Shown here: one piece after another, positions 1 through 14,829 of the stretch | How the letters are laid out: every line of letters starts with the position of its first letter | How positions within the stretch are numbered: the stretch's first letter is position 1 | Source of the DNA: Eledone cirrhosa | Lineage: Eukaryota | Direction of reading: 5' to 3' | Assembly (NCBI GenBank): GCA_964016885.1 | Contig: OZ024742.1 | Coordinates: forward strand, 313,844,001 to 313,908,000 | Length of the DNA stretch: 64,000 nucleotides | Notes under the pieces: generated by a model | Databases searched by the model: none | What the model was told of the DNA's origin: nothing | The model's input: the letters and a program-made list of their open reading frames with translations, nothing else | Made by a program: the position numbers and the translations under genes

Positions 1-128
1 TTATCGACCCCGTAAGGATGAAAGGCAAAGTTAACTTCGACGGGATTTGAACTCAAACCGTAAAGGGACGTAACTATGCTAGAAAGCAGGGCGTACAACC
101 CTCTACTGATACTGCCAATCCACCGTCC
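1..128 (-). mobile_element. tRNA-derived SINE (main octopod-type family), cut by the window edge
   Basis: Matches the window-wide consensus ggattggcagtatcggtagagggtcggacgcc...gagttcaaatcccgccgaggttaactttgcctttcatccttacggggtcgataa in reverse complement. Confidence 0.85.
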
Positions 129-384
129 TTAAATATATAATAATAACCTTCGATCAATAAATAAAACAATATACAATTTTGCCATTTAGCAGTGTGGTGG
201 AAATATAGAAAGCGGTGAAGAGGGTCGTAAGGTGTTATAATCAATCACATGATTTGACGTAGGTGAGTGAAAACTATGTTGTTGAAAAATAGCAAGCTTA
301 GCGATTTTCTTATTTTAATCAGAGCCAGAAATGTCAAAAAACAAGGTTTGTCAACTTACTGAACTGTAAGTTTAAATTATTTTG

Positions 385-605
385 GTGATAGAATGGCAGT
401 ATCGGTAGAGCGTCGGACCTTTGCTTTGCGACATAGAGTTACGACCCTTTACCTTCTGAGTTCAAATCCCGCCGAGGTTAAGCTTTGTCTTTCATCTTTA
501 CGAGGTCGATAAAATAAAGTACCAGTAATGCACTGGGGTCGATTTAATCGATTCCCCCTCCCCCTCTAAAATAGCTGGCTTTTTGCCTAAAGTAGAAATA
601 ATTAT
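385..605 (+). mobile_element. tRNA-derived SINE, long form
   Basis: A-box-like tggcagtatcggtaga, B-box gagttcaaatccc, conserved body, 3' end gcctaaagtagaaataattatt. Confidence 0.85.
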
Positions 606-1736
606 TTTATTTGGAAGAAGGATGTGTATAACTTGGAGAAGTGGCACATATTGTAGAGCTAACCAAGGATGCTAAATACGCAGGAATCGGCTTTGGGTCA
701 GCACAATAAAATAATGGTTACTCAGTAACAACAGCAAAGTTAATGTTGGTTTAGTTGAATTATGGTTCTAACATCAGACATGTCAAATTGTACTAAAAAT
801 AAAAAAGTGATCTAGTAAACCAACTGTGATGAATGAGACACTACAGATAAAAACAGACATTTAAATATAAAAAATAAGTGATGCAGATATGAAATATTTG
901 TAAAATTACAATGTTGTTAGAGATTTACATATATTCTACAGTAGAATATGTTTAAATGTTAAAATGTATGATTTGGAAAAATTATCAAATTCATCACTCT
1001 GTCTCTAGTATAGACAGTTAGTATAAAGAGATAGTATAGATTCTATACTATCTCTTTACAACCATACACCCACACATGGACACATACACAAACACATATC
1101 TATACTGAAATATTATTTACATGAATAAAAAAAACCCCAGTAATGTTGATATGGTCTACATTATTCCAGGTAGTGGACGCATGATACAACAGCTTTTCCC
1201 AAAGCAAGGGATAAGCAGATCTATTCATGTGTGAGTTAGCCCAAGAGGAATCAGTAATCACTCCATTTACGAGTTCACAATTATGGAAGTGTTGTTTGCC
1301 TTGCATTGGAAGGAAAAAAAAAAATTATAAGGGGAAATTAGAAATGCTGATGAAAATGTTGAGAGTAGATGTGATAAATGTATCTTTCTCTCTTCTGTAT
1401 ATACACACACATATATAATATAATATATATATATATATATTGCACATGTCACATTGCTAACATATACTTGGTAAGCAATCTGAGACAGGTTTTGTTCCTT
1501 ACAGGTTCATTCCATACTTCTTTGAGTGAGTAATGTATGCAAGCGAGATTATAGTTGATTCTTTAACTCGACAATATATATATATATATATATAAATATA
1601 TATATAATATAATATAAATAATATATTTAAATAATATATAAATAATATATTTCTACTCTCTTTCCGAATGATGCACTGCTTTCCTTTTTCCTTTTCACAC
1701 CTACGAATATTGGTACATAAACATATATATACATGT

Positions 1737-1770
<34 letters not shown>

Positions 1771-1782
1771 GTGACTATACAA

Positions 1783-1996
1783 TATAGTAATAATAATAAA
1801 TTTGAAGACTAAAATCCAAAGAGGGCTCGATAAGTATAAATATATATCAAATATATAAGAACCGGAGAGCAAATATTTATTAAAATAACAGATTAAAGTT
1901 TAAGCAAAGAATCGCTGCTTTCACCCTTAACGGGATCTTCTGAAACAGTTTCAGAAGATCCCGTTAAGGGTGAAAGCAGCGATTCTTGGCTTAACA
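1783..1996. repeat. Foldback element with degenerate HHR-like motif; its long arm is repeated inverted at 3717-3863
   Basis: Palindrome centred ~1946 (gcaaagaatcgctgctttcacccttaacgggatcttctgaaac / gtttcagaagatcccgttaagggtgaaagcagcgattcttg); 1783-1930 is the reverse complement of 3717-3863. Confidence 0.75.
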
Positions 1997-2029
1997 TTTA
2001 TTATTATTACTATATTTATATATATATAA

Positions 2030-2400
2030 TATGCAAATATATTACACAAAGAGAAGTGTGTTACACAGTGAGATGTGTGTAAAGAATTATTACAAGTGAG
2101 TTTTACCGTTACTGTATAGAGAACAATATCTACAGGTTTAGCATTTAAGTCGGTGGTGAAACGAACGAGATTCGTATCAGCAAACTTAGTTATAAGGTTG
2201 GTAATTTAAAACTCTAATTCAGAGATTTGATTCTGACTTAGTTTTTTTCTATTTAATTGCTAAACTTGTAGATATTGTTCTCTAGACAGTAACGGTAAAA
2301 CTTGTAATAATTCTTTACACACTTCTCTTTGTGTAATATATTTGCATTTGAGCTCAGAAGAAAATTCTTTATTCTTCTTTGAGCTAATATTATTATTATT
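2030..2400. repeat. Asymmetric foldback element (arms ~2030-2148 / ~2252-2348)
   Basis: tgcaaatatattacacaaagagaagtgtg...tttagcatttaa is inverted against aattgctaaacttgtagatattg...tgtgtaatatatttgca. Confidence 0.7.
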
Positions 2401-2442
2401 ACTGTGAACTGCGGAATACTCTTAATTCCGATCTTTGTATAC

Positions 2443-2544
<102 letters not shown>

Positions 2545-2642
2545 GTGGTAGAACACTGGAAGGTAATATCCGTAGTGGTAGAGTACTCAGTCCATGGGAC
2601 GAGTTAAGTAGAAGTGGTTACACAACAGTTAGTTCACCAGAC

Positions 2643-2680
2643 CGAGAACAATTGTTTCACCTTAGCGGATCTTCAGCTCG
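2643..2680 (-). ncRNA. Minimal type I hammerhead ribozyme (mirror copy in perfect hairpin)
   Basis: Exact reverse complement of 2732-2769. Confidence 0.65.
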
Positions 2681-2731
2681 TAATGGACATGGTTATACGG
2701 AACAGGCCGTTCCGTATAACCATGTCCATTA

Positions 2732-2769
2732 CGAGCTGAAGATCCGCTAAGGTGAAACAATTGTTCTCG
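2732..2769 (+). ncRNA. Minimal type I hammerhead ribozyme
   Basis: cgag-CTGAAGA-t-cc-gctaa-gg-t-GAAA-caattg-TT-ctcg: stem I cgag/ctcg, palindromic stem III ACAATTGT, GUU cleavage triplet. Confidence 0.65.
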
Positions 2770-2804
2770 GTATGTGTATATATATATATGTATGTATATG
2801 TATA

Positions 2805-3649
2805 TATTAAGTGTATTGAGTTCAAATCTCAAGCATTCCTTTACAATGAAAATAGCTCCAAGAAAAGAATATTTCTGAGCCGTGTAATAAATATAAATCA
2901 ATATATATGATGAAACACAGATACCAACATATCTTTGTTTATATTGCAAAAGGAAGAAAGTTAGCTAGAATGAAATATACTAATTATAATATTACAGCCT
3001 GCCTACATCGATTTAAAATGATAAATCAACACAAACAAACTGTATTGGCAAATGGCCATGGTGTTTAGACAAATTTAAATTTCAAAATCAAACCTGTTCC
3101 GTAGATAAGTTTAAACTTTAAAATCCAAATATGTTTCGAGATAAATAAGTGTAAGGATATCATGTCCCGCTCTCTTCAGTAAACACCCAGAACAAATTGA
3201 TATGCTTCACTTCTAAATATTTTAAAAGACTGTTTAACGCACATGGTTTTACAGTTTCTAGCCAGCCTCATACGCGTACTGCTAGAAATAACAGCCGTAT
3301 ATATGGGGCTACTATCAACTCAACCTAAGGAGCAATTTTATTAAGTGTATTGAGTTCAAATCTCAAGCATTCCTTTACAATGAAAATAGCTCCAAGAAAA
3401 GAATATTTCTGAGCCGTGTAATAAATATAAATCAATATACATGATGAAACACAGATACCAACATATCTTTGTTTATATTGCAAAAGGAATAAAGTTAGCT
3501 AGAATGAAATATACTAATTATAATATTACAGCCTGCCTACATCGATTTAAAATAATAAATCAACACAAACAAACTGTATTGGCAAATGGCCATGGTGTTT
3601 AGACAAATTTAAATTTCAAAATCAAACCTGTTCCGTAGATAAGTTTAAA

Positions 3650-3651
<2 letters not shown>
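2805..3651. repeat. Partial tandem repeat, period 534 bp (2805-3117 repeated at 3339-3651), inside a (TA)n tract
   Basis: tattaagtgtattgagttcaaatctc...gataagtttaaact occurs twice with very few differences. Confidence 0.9.
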
Positions 3652-3721
<70 letters not shown>

Positions 3722-4079
3722 GTGAAAGCAGCGATTCTTTGCTTAAACTTTAATCTGTTATTTTAATAAATATTTGCTCTACGGTTCTTATATATTTGAT
3801 ATATATTTATCCTTATCGAGCCCTCTTTGGATTTTAGTCTTCAAATTTATTATTATTACTATATATATATATATACACACATATACATACATATATATAT
3901 ACACACATTTATAATATATAAGCGAAAACCAATCTAAACCAAACTGAATGTGTTTTATTATTATTTCTGGCAATATTATAACAATATGATCCTCCCCAAA
4001 TATAACAATATTTGTTTCAACACACAATTTCGTATCAAAAACCTTGCATAACAAATTCATCGTCGTCATATATCTATGT

Positions 4080-4890
<811 letters not shown>

Positions 4891-5329
4891 GTGTGTGAAT
4901 GTGTGTGTGTGCATTCGTGTGCGTATGTATGCATACATGTATATAATAGATTATCTCCCGAAACAATGCACACATTCAGTACTAATGTGCTACAAATAAA
5001 TAAGAAAATATAGATAACCTATATAGCAGGTAACATGTCAGTCTGGTGAGTTTCCTCCATGATATCATTTTGATTCAATGTGTAAAGGTCAAATAGTAGT
5101 ATACTTCCCTTCAACCACTGACGTTGTGAGTACGCCACTTAAGTGTATTTATATGCGCATATATTTGCATGTTTTCTGTCTATGTATAGGACTATATTTA
5201 GGTTTAAACACGGAAGATTATGTACAGAGTATCCCAATTTCACTTAATAGGAAAGGTGTCAGTTTAGTTTAAAAGTATTGGTTTCTGAGTCACCGAGTGT
5301 TCTATTATCCGGTTGATAATAGACTTAGC

Positions 5330-5900
5330 AGATACATCTTCCTCAACCACATGTATAACAACTCAAACTCAGGTCTTTACATCAATGGACTCTCTACCTC
5401 TTCTGATTCATATAACAAATACTACAACTATCTAGGTATTGTCGGTAATATATCATACAAAGGTACTGTGATCAAGATTAGAGCAAGCAAAGCACATCAT
5501 ATCAGACGTAAAAAAATATGACAGTCGGAGCTTTCCTCTTACAAGATAATATCACATAATACATTTACAATTTTGGGATACTTCCCTGGTTCTTAAAAGA
5601 AATCTGCCCATTGATACTAAAAGCTGCAAGATCCTGACATCAACTGGAAACTTTCACAAATATAATGATATAGAGAGGCTCAATCTAAGAAAGGAGACGG
5701 AGAAAGGCTTAAGATTGGTGCAGACAAACTTTCATTGTCGTGTGGTTTCATTCTGAATATATCTGCTAAACAAAAGCAATCACATCAACCAAGACTAAAC
5801 AACGAAGAGAACATCTTACAAGTAGGTAGTGAAATCCTCAAGTACTCGGTGACCCCTACTATCTTAGAATTACTGGACTAGTATACTTCAAGAGAAACCT
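5330..5900 (+). pseudogene. Degenerate R4/Dong-clade non-LTR retrotransposon RT C-terminal fragment
   Basis: Across frameshifts reads YYNYLGI...RRKKI*QSELSSYK..HN.F..GILPW..EI..IDTKSCKILTSTGNFHKYNDIERLNLRKE..KGL, the YKYLG to ERLYLPR.GGRGL region typical of R4/Dong. Confidence 0.65.
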
Positions 5901-6809
5901 GTAAAAGAAATACCCCGAATATCTCCCAAACACAAAAAAAAAGACAAAATAAATGTTATTTATAGACATCTTTTTCGATAATCTTGTGGATGATGGTGAT
6001 GATCAGGATGATACAAGCATTGAGTGAACTTGTGTATTTTGAAATTCTGTGTATGTAACCATATAGAGAGCAGCAACAAGCTCTGTGCCTTTTCTGATGA
6101 CAGGGACAACATTCAAATCAATCATTGTTAATTATTTTCTCCCTTTCTGTTGCTAAACCTTTTGTAGTCAAAGTAGTTAAACAGAAAAAAAGGGATAACA
6201 GAATAAACCACTTACTCGAAACAAGCCAGCATCTTAATATTTTATTCACGCTCATGTAAAGATTTTAAGAACATTCTCCACTCTATTTTTGGCACTGTGT
6301 AAAAATATGGAGGGCAGTGAATTGGTAGAATTGTTACAGCGTCGGGCAGAGAGCATCGCGATATATATAGAGTTTCAGCGTTCTGCGACCGAATATCGGC
6401 GAGATCAATTTTTAACTTTCATATTTCGGCGTCTTGTGTTCGAATATCTCTCTTCTTTCTGATAAGCGGACTTATCTTGTGCTATCATTCCATGTTGTTC
6501 TATTTCTAATATACCAAGTACATTTGCAGATTTTTGTATAAATGTTCATGTTAATACTAACAAAAAAAAAAAAAAAAAATGAAGGCAAAGAAAAATTGAT
6601 GTAAAGGCAAGAATCCTTTTCTTCTCGTAGAATTGTTGGTAGAGAAGTGACAATGCCTTATGTCTTGCCAAGGATCGAATAGAAAGTTAAAAATTAGACC
6701 CCCACACACATACACGCATATATACATACACACACATACATGTATACACACACACACACATATATATATACATGCATACACGCACATATATATATATATA
6801 TATATATAT

Positions 6810-7430
<621 letters not shown>

Positions 7431-7592
7431 CATATACATATATACATATATATATATCACCTACCTTAATCTGTTTTCGTATTTCAAAACGACTTATTCT
7501 AAACTTTAACCCCCTCTCACTACCCCCTCTCTTTCTCTCTCTCTCTCTCTATATATATATATAAATATATATATATACACATACATATATAT

Positions 7593-7662
<70 letters not shown>

Positions 7663-7807
7663 TCGATTCTTTTTGAATTTGCCACAGACAGTGATTTTCT
7701 CAATGGCTTGGAATTCAGTCCACGTTTCGCTATTTCCTATCCACTGAATTATTTTTTTAATAAGTTTCCAGTGTCCTCGCTTTGCCTGGAAACTTACATG
7801 AGATTAG

Positions 7808-7890
7808 ACTTTCCTGACGACGGAATGTTTCTCTATATTATTCTTCGGAAAATATATTTACTCCATTCCAGAAACTAATTAGTTGGAAGT
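7808..7890 (+). ncRNA. Type I hammerhead ribozyme with extended stem-loop II
   Basis: actttc-CTGACGA-c-ggaatg...cattcc-a-GAAA-ctaattag-TT-ggaagt; palindromic stem III ACTAATTAGT; 6-bp stem I. Confidence 0.72.
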
Positions 7891-8331
7891 GATATTTTAG
7901 TAAGTAAGTTAATTTTATAATTTTCTTATTTTACGTCTCTTATATTATTGTTCTGCAACCCCATGCATTAAACCACACTGTTATTAAGACAAAACCTATA
8001 TATTTGCTAACATTGATATGCATCTGTATGTATATATATGTTACTAGATATGAATTCTTTATTATTATCTCCAAATTATTTGTCGAGCAATATTGGCCAT
8101 GACTGCTGCTACGGTTGTAGGCAGGCCGCTGTCTTATTAGCAAACCACTTTCCACTGATTGACCTCGATGTCACGTGTTCGATTCTTTTTGAATTTGCCA
8201 CAGACGTAGAGGCAGTGATTTTCTCAATGGCTTGGAATTCAGTCCACGCTTCGCTATTTCTTATCCACTGAATTATTTTTTTAATAAGTTTCCAGTGTCC
8301 CCGCTTTGCCTGGAAACTTACATGAGATTAG

Positions 8332-8415
8332 ACTTTCCTGACGACGGAATGTTTCTCCATATTATTCTTCGGAAAAATATATTTACTCCATTCCAGAAAC
8401 TAATTAGTTGGAAGT
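8332..8415 (+). ncRNA. Type I hammerhead ribozyme (unit 2)
   Basis: Same motif as 7808-7890. Confidence 0.72.
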
Positions 8416-8856
8416 GATATTTTAGTAAGTAAGTTAATTTTATAATTTTCTTATTTTACGTCTCTTATATTATTGTTCTGCAACCCCATGCATTGAACCA
8501 CAATGTTATTAAGACAAAACCTATATATTTGCTAACATTGATATGCATCTGTATGTATATATATGTTACTAGATATGAATTCTTTATTATTATCTCCAAA
8601 TTATTTGTCGAGCAATATTGGCCATGACTGCTGCTACGGTTGTAGGCAGGCCGCTGTCTTATTAGCAAACCACTTTCCACTGATTGACCTCGATGTCACG
8701 TGTTCGATTCCTTTTGAATTTGCCACAGACGTAGAGGCAGTGATTTTCTCAATGGCTTGGAATTCAGTCCACGTTTCGCTATTTCCTATCCACTGAATTA
8801 TTTTTTTAATAAGTTTCCAGTGTCCTCGCTTTGCCTGGAAACTTACATGAGAATAG

Positions 8857-8939
8857 ACTTTCCTGACGACGGAATGCTTCTCAATATTATTCTTCGGAAA
8901 ATATATTTACTCCATTCCAGAAACTAATTAGTTGGAAGT
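8857..8939 (+). ncRNA. Type I hammerhead ribozyme (unit 3)
   Basis: Same motif as 7808-7890. Confidence 0.72.
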
Positions 8940-8987
8940 GATATTTTAGTAAGTAAGTTTATTTTATAATTTTCTTATTTTACGTCT

Positions 8988-9030
<43 letters not shown>

Positions 9031-9669
9031 CATAACTTTCATTTATGCATACGTGCACAAGAAATCACTTATACATATTTATATATATCACATCAGAGGT
9101 TTGTTAACACACAGTCTGTCAGCATTGATGGTGATAGATTTAAATTATGTTACCGGAGTCATAGGTGGTATCATGTTCTAAGTGATGTCATAGGTGAGAT
9201 ACGATATTTATGGAGTAATTCTTGCTTTAAGAACATTTGTTCAGTTTTAGTAAACGCTGTTTATGGATAGTATTGATGATGGATCCTCCGTCGGTTTTGC
9301 CGATGAACACCCAGTTGTTCAATCATCGGACCAGACTGCTCATCAAATTAACATGCAAGTGGTTGAGTATTCTTGGCTCGTTTACTTTTAATGTAATTCT
9401 TAGGGAAATTCAGCGTGACGTAATCTATGACAAGCCCATACTTATAAATTTAATTATATTTCATCCGATGGGCTTTCAAACCGTTTTCATCTACTCAGTT
9501 TTATTTTAAAGGCTTGGGCCAACCCGTAGCTATGGTAAATGGCACTTACTCAAGATTTCACAGAGTGATATCAAACCCAGTATCTGCAAAGTAAACTTTT
9601 TAACCACTTACGGCTGATAATGATTAGCTAGATGTTATAACAGAAATACATAAAATATAACAATACGAC

Positions 9670-9950
9670 AATGGTATGGTCCCGCAACTCCTGAAAGAGT
9701 CGTAGGGGCACCGTATTGACATACGGAGTTTCTGGACATTTTAAGCCTGGTGGATCCTATCCCTCTCCGGGCCTGATTACAGCAGATTTCTTTCAGAGAG
9801 AGGAAGAATCGACCCTCAGTACAAGACTGGTACTTTTTTGAAAGACAAAGTTGTCCTCGGTGGGATTTGAACTCAGAGAGCAGGGAGCCGGAACAAATAT
9901 CATAAAACATTCTATCCGACGTTCTAACGACTCTGCCAATTCGTTGCTTA
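9670..9950 (-). mobile_element. Older SINE subfamily with extended 3' part (similar copies at ~36060-36370, ~40900-41150 and ~63655-63930)
   Basis: Shared ggtcccg..cctga..gtcgtag.ggcac.gtattgacatacgg block joined to gggatttgaactcagagagcag. Confidence 0.6.
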
Positions 9951-10509
9951 TCAAGCGCCAATACATAAAACAAAAATACTATTAAGGAAGCAGCATAGTA
10001 AAATAAAAAAAAATAACAAGTGGACAAAATTAACAACAATTATACAATTATGATTTTTAATTTAAGTACAAGGTCAGCAATTTTGGAGAGAAGGAAAAGT
10101 CAATTAAATCGACACCAGTACACGAGTGGTTCTTTATTTTATCGACATTCTAAGGATGGAATGCAGAGTTGACCCAAGGCTATAGTTTTAGACACTTGCC
10201 GAAGATACCGAGCAGTGGGATCAAACCCAGTACCTTATGATTGCGAAGTGAACATCTTTACCATTCAGCCACACCTGGAATTACATAAAACATCTTACAA
10301 CAGCACACAGAGAAGTTATAGGGAAGAAAGCAAAACGGCGCAGAAATATAGTTAGAAAACTCCCAGGTTTTACATTTGTCTCACACAAATAGTACATGAG
10401 ATCTCTCGTAGATGCAGCGATGTGGGTTATGTATATGTGTGTTTGAATATATAAAAACATCTGACTGATAAAATGACAAGTCAGTCAATCATATTGGTGG
10501 CCTCCCCAC

Positions 10510-10745
10510 AGCCCCTATGGACAGAATGGAGAAAGCGTTTCCCAGGAAGACGGCAAGGGAGATGCGCTGGAAAAGTCATTCCAGTTCGCGAGGCTCACAC
10601 CTGTGGCTGGCCAGCTCAGCGCCTATGGTGGTGAGTAGGAAGGTAGCCATAGGGCTGAGGACACGAGAAGTCTCCACTGCCAAGGGTACAACCGCAAACC
10701 TGTCGGAGAGCTATCGGTATTTGTAGATTATTGCGTCAGCAACCT
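10510..10745 (-). pseudogene. CRE-clade non-LTR retrotransposon 3' fragment (restriction-like endonuclease end)
   Basis: Minus strand reads KYR*LSDRFAVVPLAVETSRVLSP...IG.ELASHRCEPRELE*LFQRISLAVFLGNAFSIL, matching the CRE motif P.AVET.G...QRISLAVQRGNA. Confidence 0.75.
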
Positions 10746-10933
10746 CTGGACCCAAATTTTACAACAAAAATTTATACATTATAAAGAACGCAAAAGATAA
10801 CACTCCACATCGTCACAGGCTGCACAGAGACTAAATTTACAAACAACACCGACTAGCAAGCGCCACAACACCAATAGCAACAACAACAATAACAACATCG
10901 CAATAACTGCAGTCGATTGAGCAGATTTATTAA

Positions 10934-11727
10934 ATCAGTAGATATTTGTAGATATTTGTAGATATTTGTAGATACTGTATCAGTTGATATTTGTAGATAT
11001 TTGTAGATACTGTATCAGTAGATATTTGTAGATATTTGTAGATATTTGTAGATATTTGTAGATATTTGTAGATATTTGTAGATATTTGTAGATACTGTAT
11101 CAGTAGATATTTGTAGATATTTGTAGATATTTGTAGATATTTGTAGATACTGTATCAGTAGATATTTGTAGATATTTGTAGATGCTGTATCAGTAGATAT
11201 TTGTAGATATTTGTAGATACTGTATCAGTAGATGTTTGTAGATATTTGTAGATGCTGTATCAGTAGATATTTGTAGATATTTGTAGATACTGTATCAGTA
11301 GATGTTTGTAGATATTTGTAGATATTTGTAGATATTTGTAGATATTTGTAGATATTTGTAGATACTGTATCAGTAGATATTTGTAGATATTTGTAGATAT
11401 TTGTAGATATTTGTAGATACTGTATCAGTAGATATTTGTAGATATTTGTAGATGCTGTATCAGTAGATATTTGTAGATATTTGTAGATACTGTATCAGTA
11501 GATGTTTGTAGATATTTGTAGATGCTGTATCAGTAGATATTTGTAGATATTTGTAGATGCTGTATCAGTAGATATTTGTAGATATTTGTAGATACTGTAT
11601 CAGTAGATGTTTGTAGATATTTGTAGATGCTGTATCAGTAGATATTTGTAGATATTTGTAGATACTGTATCAGTAGATATTTGTAGATATTTGTAGATAT
11701 TTGTAGATGCTGTATCAGTAGATATTT
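10934..11727. repeat. Two-unit minisatellite (GATATTTGTA 10-mer interspersed with GATRCTGTATCAGTA 15-mer)
   Basis: Directly visible; followed at once by SINE B-box gttcaaatcctgccg. Confidence 0.95.
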
Positions 11728-11784
11728 TCGTTCTGTGTTCAAATCCTGCCGATGTTCACTTTGCCTTTCATAATTTCGTAACAC

Positions 11785-12060
11785 AAGCAGCAACAACAGT
11801 AACAACAGCAACAACATTAGTAATAATCACAATAACAACTGCAACAACAACGGCAGCAGCAACAGCAATAGCAACAGCAACCTCATAAAAAAAAACAGTA
11901 ACAAAATTAGCAACAATCTCAACAACAACATCAACAACAACGGCAGCATCAGCAACAGAAACAGCAACAGCAATCGCAACAACAACGGCAACAACCAAAA
12001 AGCAACAACATGAGTAACAACAGTAATATAAGCAGCAACAACAGCTGCAACAACGACAAC
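11785..12060. repeat. Degenerate (CAA/CAG)n trinucleotide tract
   Basis: Directly visible. Confidence 0.85.
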
Positions 12061-12169
12061 AGTCATTGATAAAACTCAACATAAACAAAATACAATATTA
12101 AAAACAAGTGAGATAATATTATTTTCAGAATTTTCAAAAGATAAAGAATGTTTCAACAATGCACAATAA

Positions 12170-12252
<83 letters not shown>

Positions 12253-12312
12253 CACCTAATGCCTATATATATATATATATATACATATATAACCTATTTC
12301 CTATATATATGT

Positions 12313-12346
<34 letters not shown>

Positions 12347-12353
12347 CCTAATG

Positions 12354-12388
<35 letters not shown>

Positions 12389-12395
12389 CCTAATG

Positions 12396-12431
<36 letters not shown>

Positions 12432-12969
12432 AAATAGGTTATATATAAAACAACAAGCACATAAACACACACTAGTCACCCAGCAGACACAACACTATAC
12501 ACACTAGTCACACAGCACACATAACACTATACACACACGCAAACGCATGCGCAAAGAAGACAAAATAAAATAAACAAACAAGCAAATAAATAAATAAATA
12601 TATAGACAGACTGAATAAAAAATGGCGTAGACATACAACACAACAGGAGGAAAAAATATAACACCACTGACGATGTTGCAGATGTGAAACGAAAGATTTA
12701 TGTAAATTATGTAAACTATATATATGTGTTTGTGTCTATATTGTATCTGTATTATTTTTGACCGTCGGTCAGTCAATGGCAACATTGAGGACCGAGTAAG
12801 TTAGATCGCAGATATAAAAGACAGCGAGAAGCGAAAACCAACCAAACAGTGAGTGTGTTCTGTTATTAATTCTGGCAATATTACGCAAATATGACCCTCC
12901 CCAAGTATAACAATATCTGTTTCGACACACGATTTCATATAAAAAACCTCGCTAAACTAATATATATAT

Positions 12970-13409
<440 letters not shown>

Positions 13410-13412
<3 letters not shown>

Positions 13413-13485
13413 GGGTGTCCCCTAAAAATGTATACATACATCAACAGCATTTTAATAAATATATGTATACATGTTTTGGGATACC

Positions 13486-13490
<5 letters not shown>
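13410..13490. mobile_element. Tiny Tc1/mariner-type MITE relic
   Basis: agggtgtcccctaaaaatgtatacata ... tatgtatacatgttttgggataccctg-TA. Confidence 0.4.
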
Positions 13491-13518
<28 letters not shown>

Positions 13519-13522
<4 letters not shown>

Positions 13523-13913
13523 AAAGAATAGAGGTGTAACACACGAGTTGTGATATATTGGTAAAAGGAAAAGAAAATGCTGACAAATTGTTCCCAGTGA
13601 AAAATAGTTTAATTAGGACTAAGTAAAAATTAGTAATAAGTATTGGTTAGTATTTAGTTTTAGTTTTAAGTTTTTACCGGTTGCGCATTTCTAATGCTTT
13701 TCAAACATAATTTTGAGATAGAGCGCCCGTGATGTTTGCTCTAATCTGATTAGTTTTGGAAATTCTACCTGTTTTATGTGAAAAAAGTGGCTCCAGAGGT
13801 ATTAAAATAAGTTTCGCGCCAATTCGTGTTGCAAAAATTCTTGTGGTCAAAACAATTTTGATTGGTCGGTAGAGGTCACGTGAATGTTAAAAATTGATTT
13901 TGCGCCAAATATA

Positions 13914-13920
<7 letters not shown>
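13519..13920 (-). mobile_element. Penelope-like pLTR fragment, family C
   Basis: Diverged homolog of 57008-57500; HHR-like motif at 13672-13706. Confidence 0.7.
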
Positions 13921-13950
<30 letters not shown>

Positions 13951-14023
13951 CTCTTTTACCTGTTCCAGCCATCCGGGTGAGGCCATGCTCGGGCACCGCC
14001 CTTATATTATATATATATATATA

Positions 14024-14074
<51 letters not shown>

Positions 14075-14123
14075 AAAAGAATGAAACGAAATTTCATTTC
14101 TCACTCTTAGTACGGCTGATACC

Positions 14124-14162
<39 letters not shown>

Positions 14163-14829
14163 ATATGTGTGTGTATGTGGGTATGCATGTGTGTGAGTGT
14201 GTGTGTGTGCATGTGCATGTGTGTGTGTGTGTATGTGAGTGTGTGTGTGTGTGTGCGTGTGTGTGTTATTTTATTTCAAAGTTGTATCTGTAATCTAAAG
14301 AGTCAGACATTATATATCATGCACTGTGTGTGTGGCACGTTGAAAATTACGTTAAGCATAGATGTGTCTGTGGAATGCTCAGTCACTTATACGTTAATTT
14401 CACAAGCAAGATGTTCTGTTAATTGAACGACCAGAACACATTGCTGAAACCAATAAAGGTTCGATCCGGTCCGGTCCACTCCACTGCATTTCATTGATTT
14501 ACTGATGTGAGTTAAAGTTTTCCCCTGAGTCTGTTGTGTGTGAAACTATCCAAGGAAAAATATTTTAAAATTGTTTTGTGAAGTAGGCGATAATCAAATA
14601 GCACCAGCTTCTATGATCTATGGGATTTATATATGTTAAGAAAGAGAGTAAATTTAAATGGAGGGAAAAACAAAGAAAAATATTTGAACCTTTTGACATC
14701 AAAACCACTTCGTTCTATGATATACAACTGTTTCAAAATGTTTAAATTCATCTAAAAATACTCCATCATACTTCCACGTAAGAACTTTTGTTAAGTTATA
14801 TTCCAAACGCCAACTAAAAAATCGTGTTT

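Larger units (their letters stand above)
7657..8989 (+). mobile_element. Retrozyme-like head-to-tail array, ~2.5 units of 525 bp, one HHR per unit
   Basis: gtgttcgatt at ~7658, 8175 and 8700; flanked by (TA)n; homologous to 59015-60070. Confidence 0.8.
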
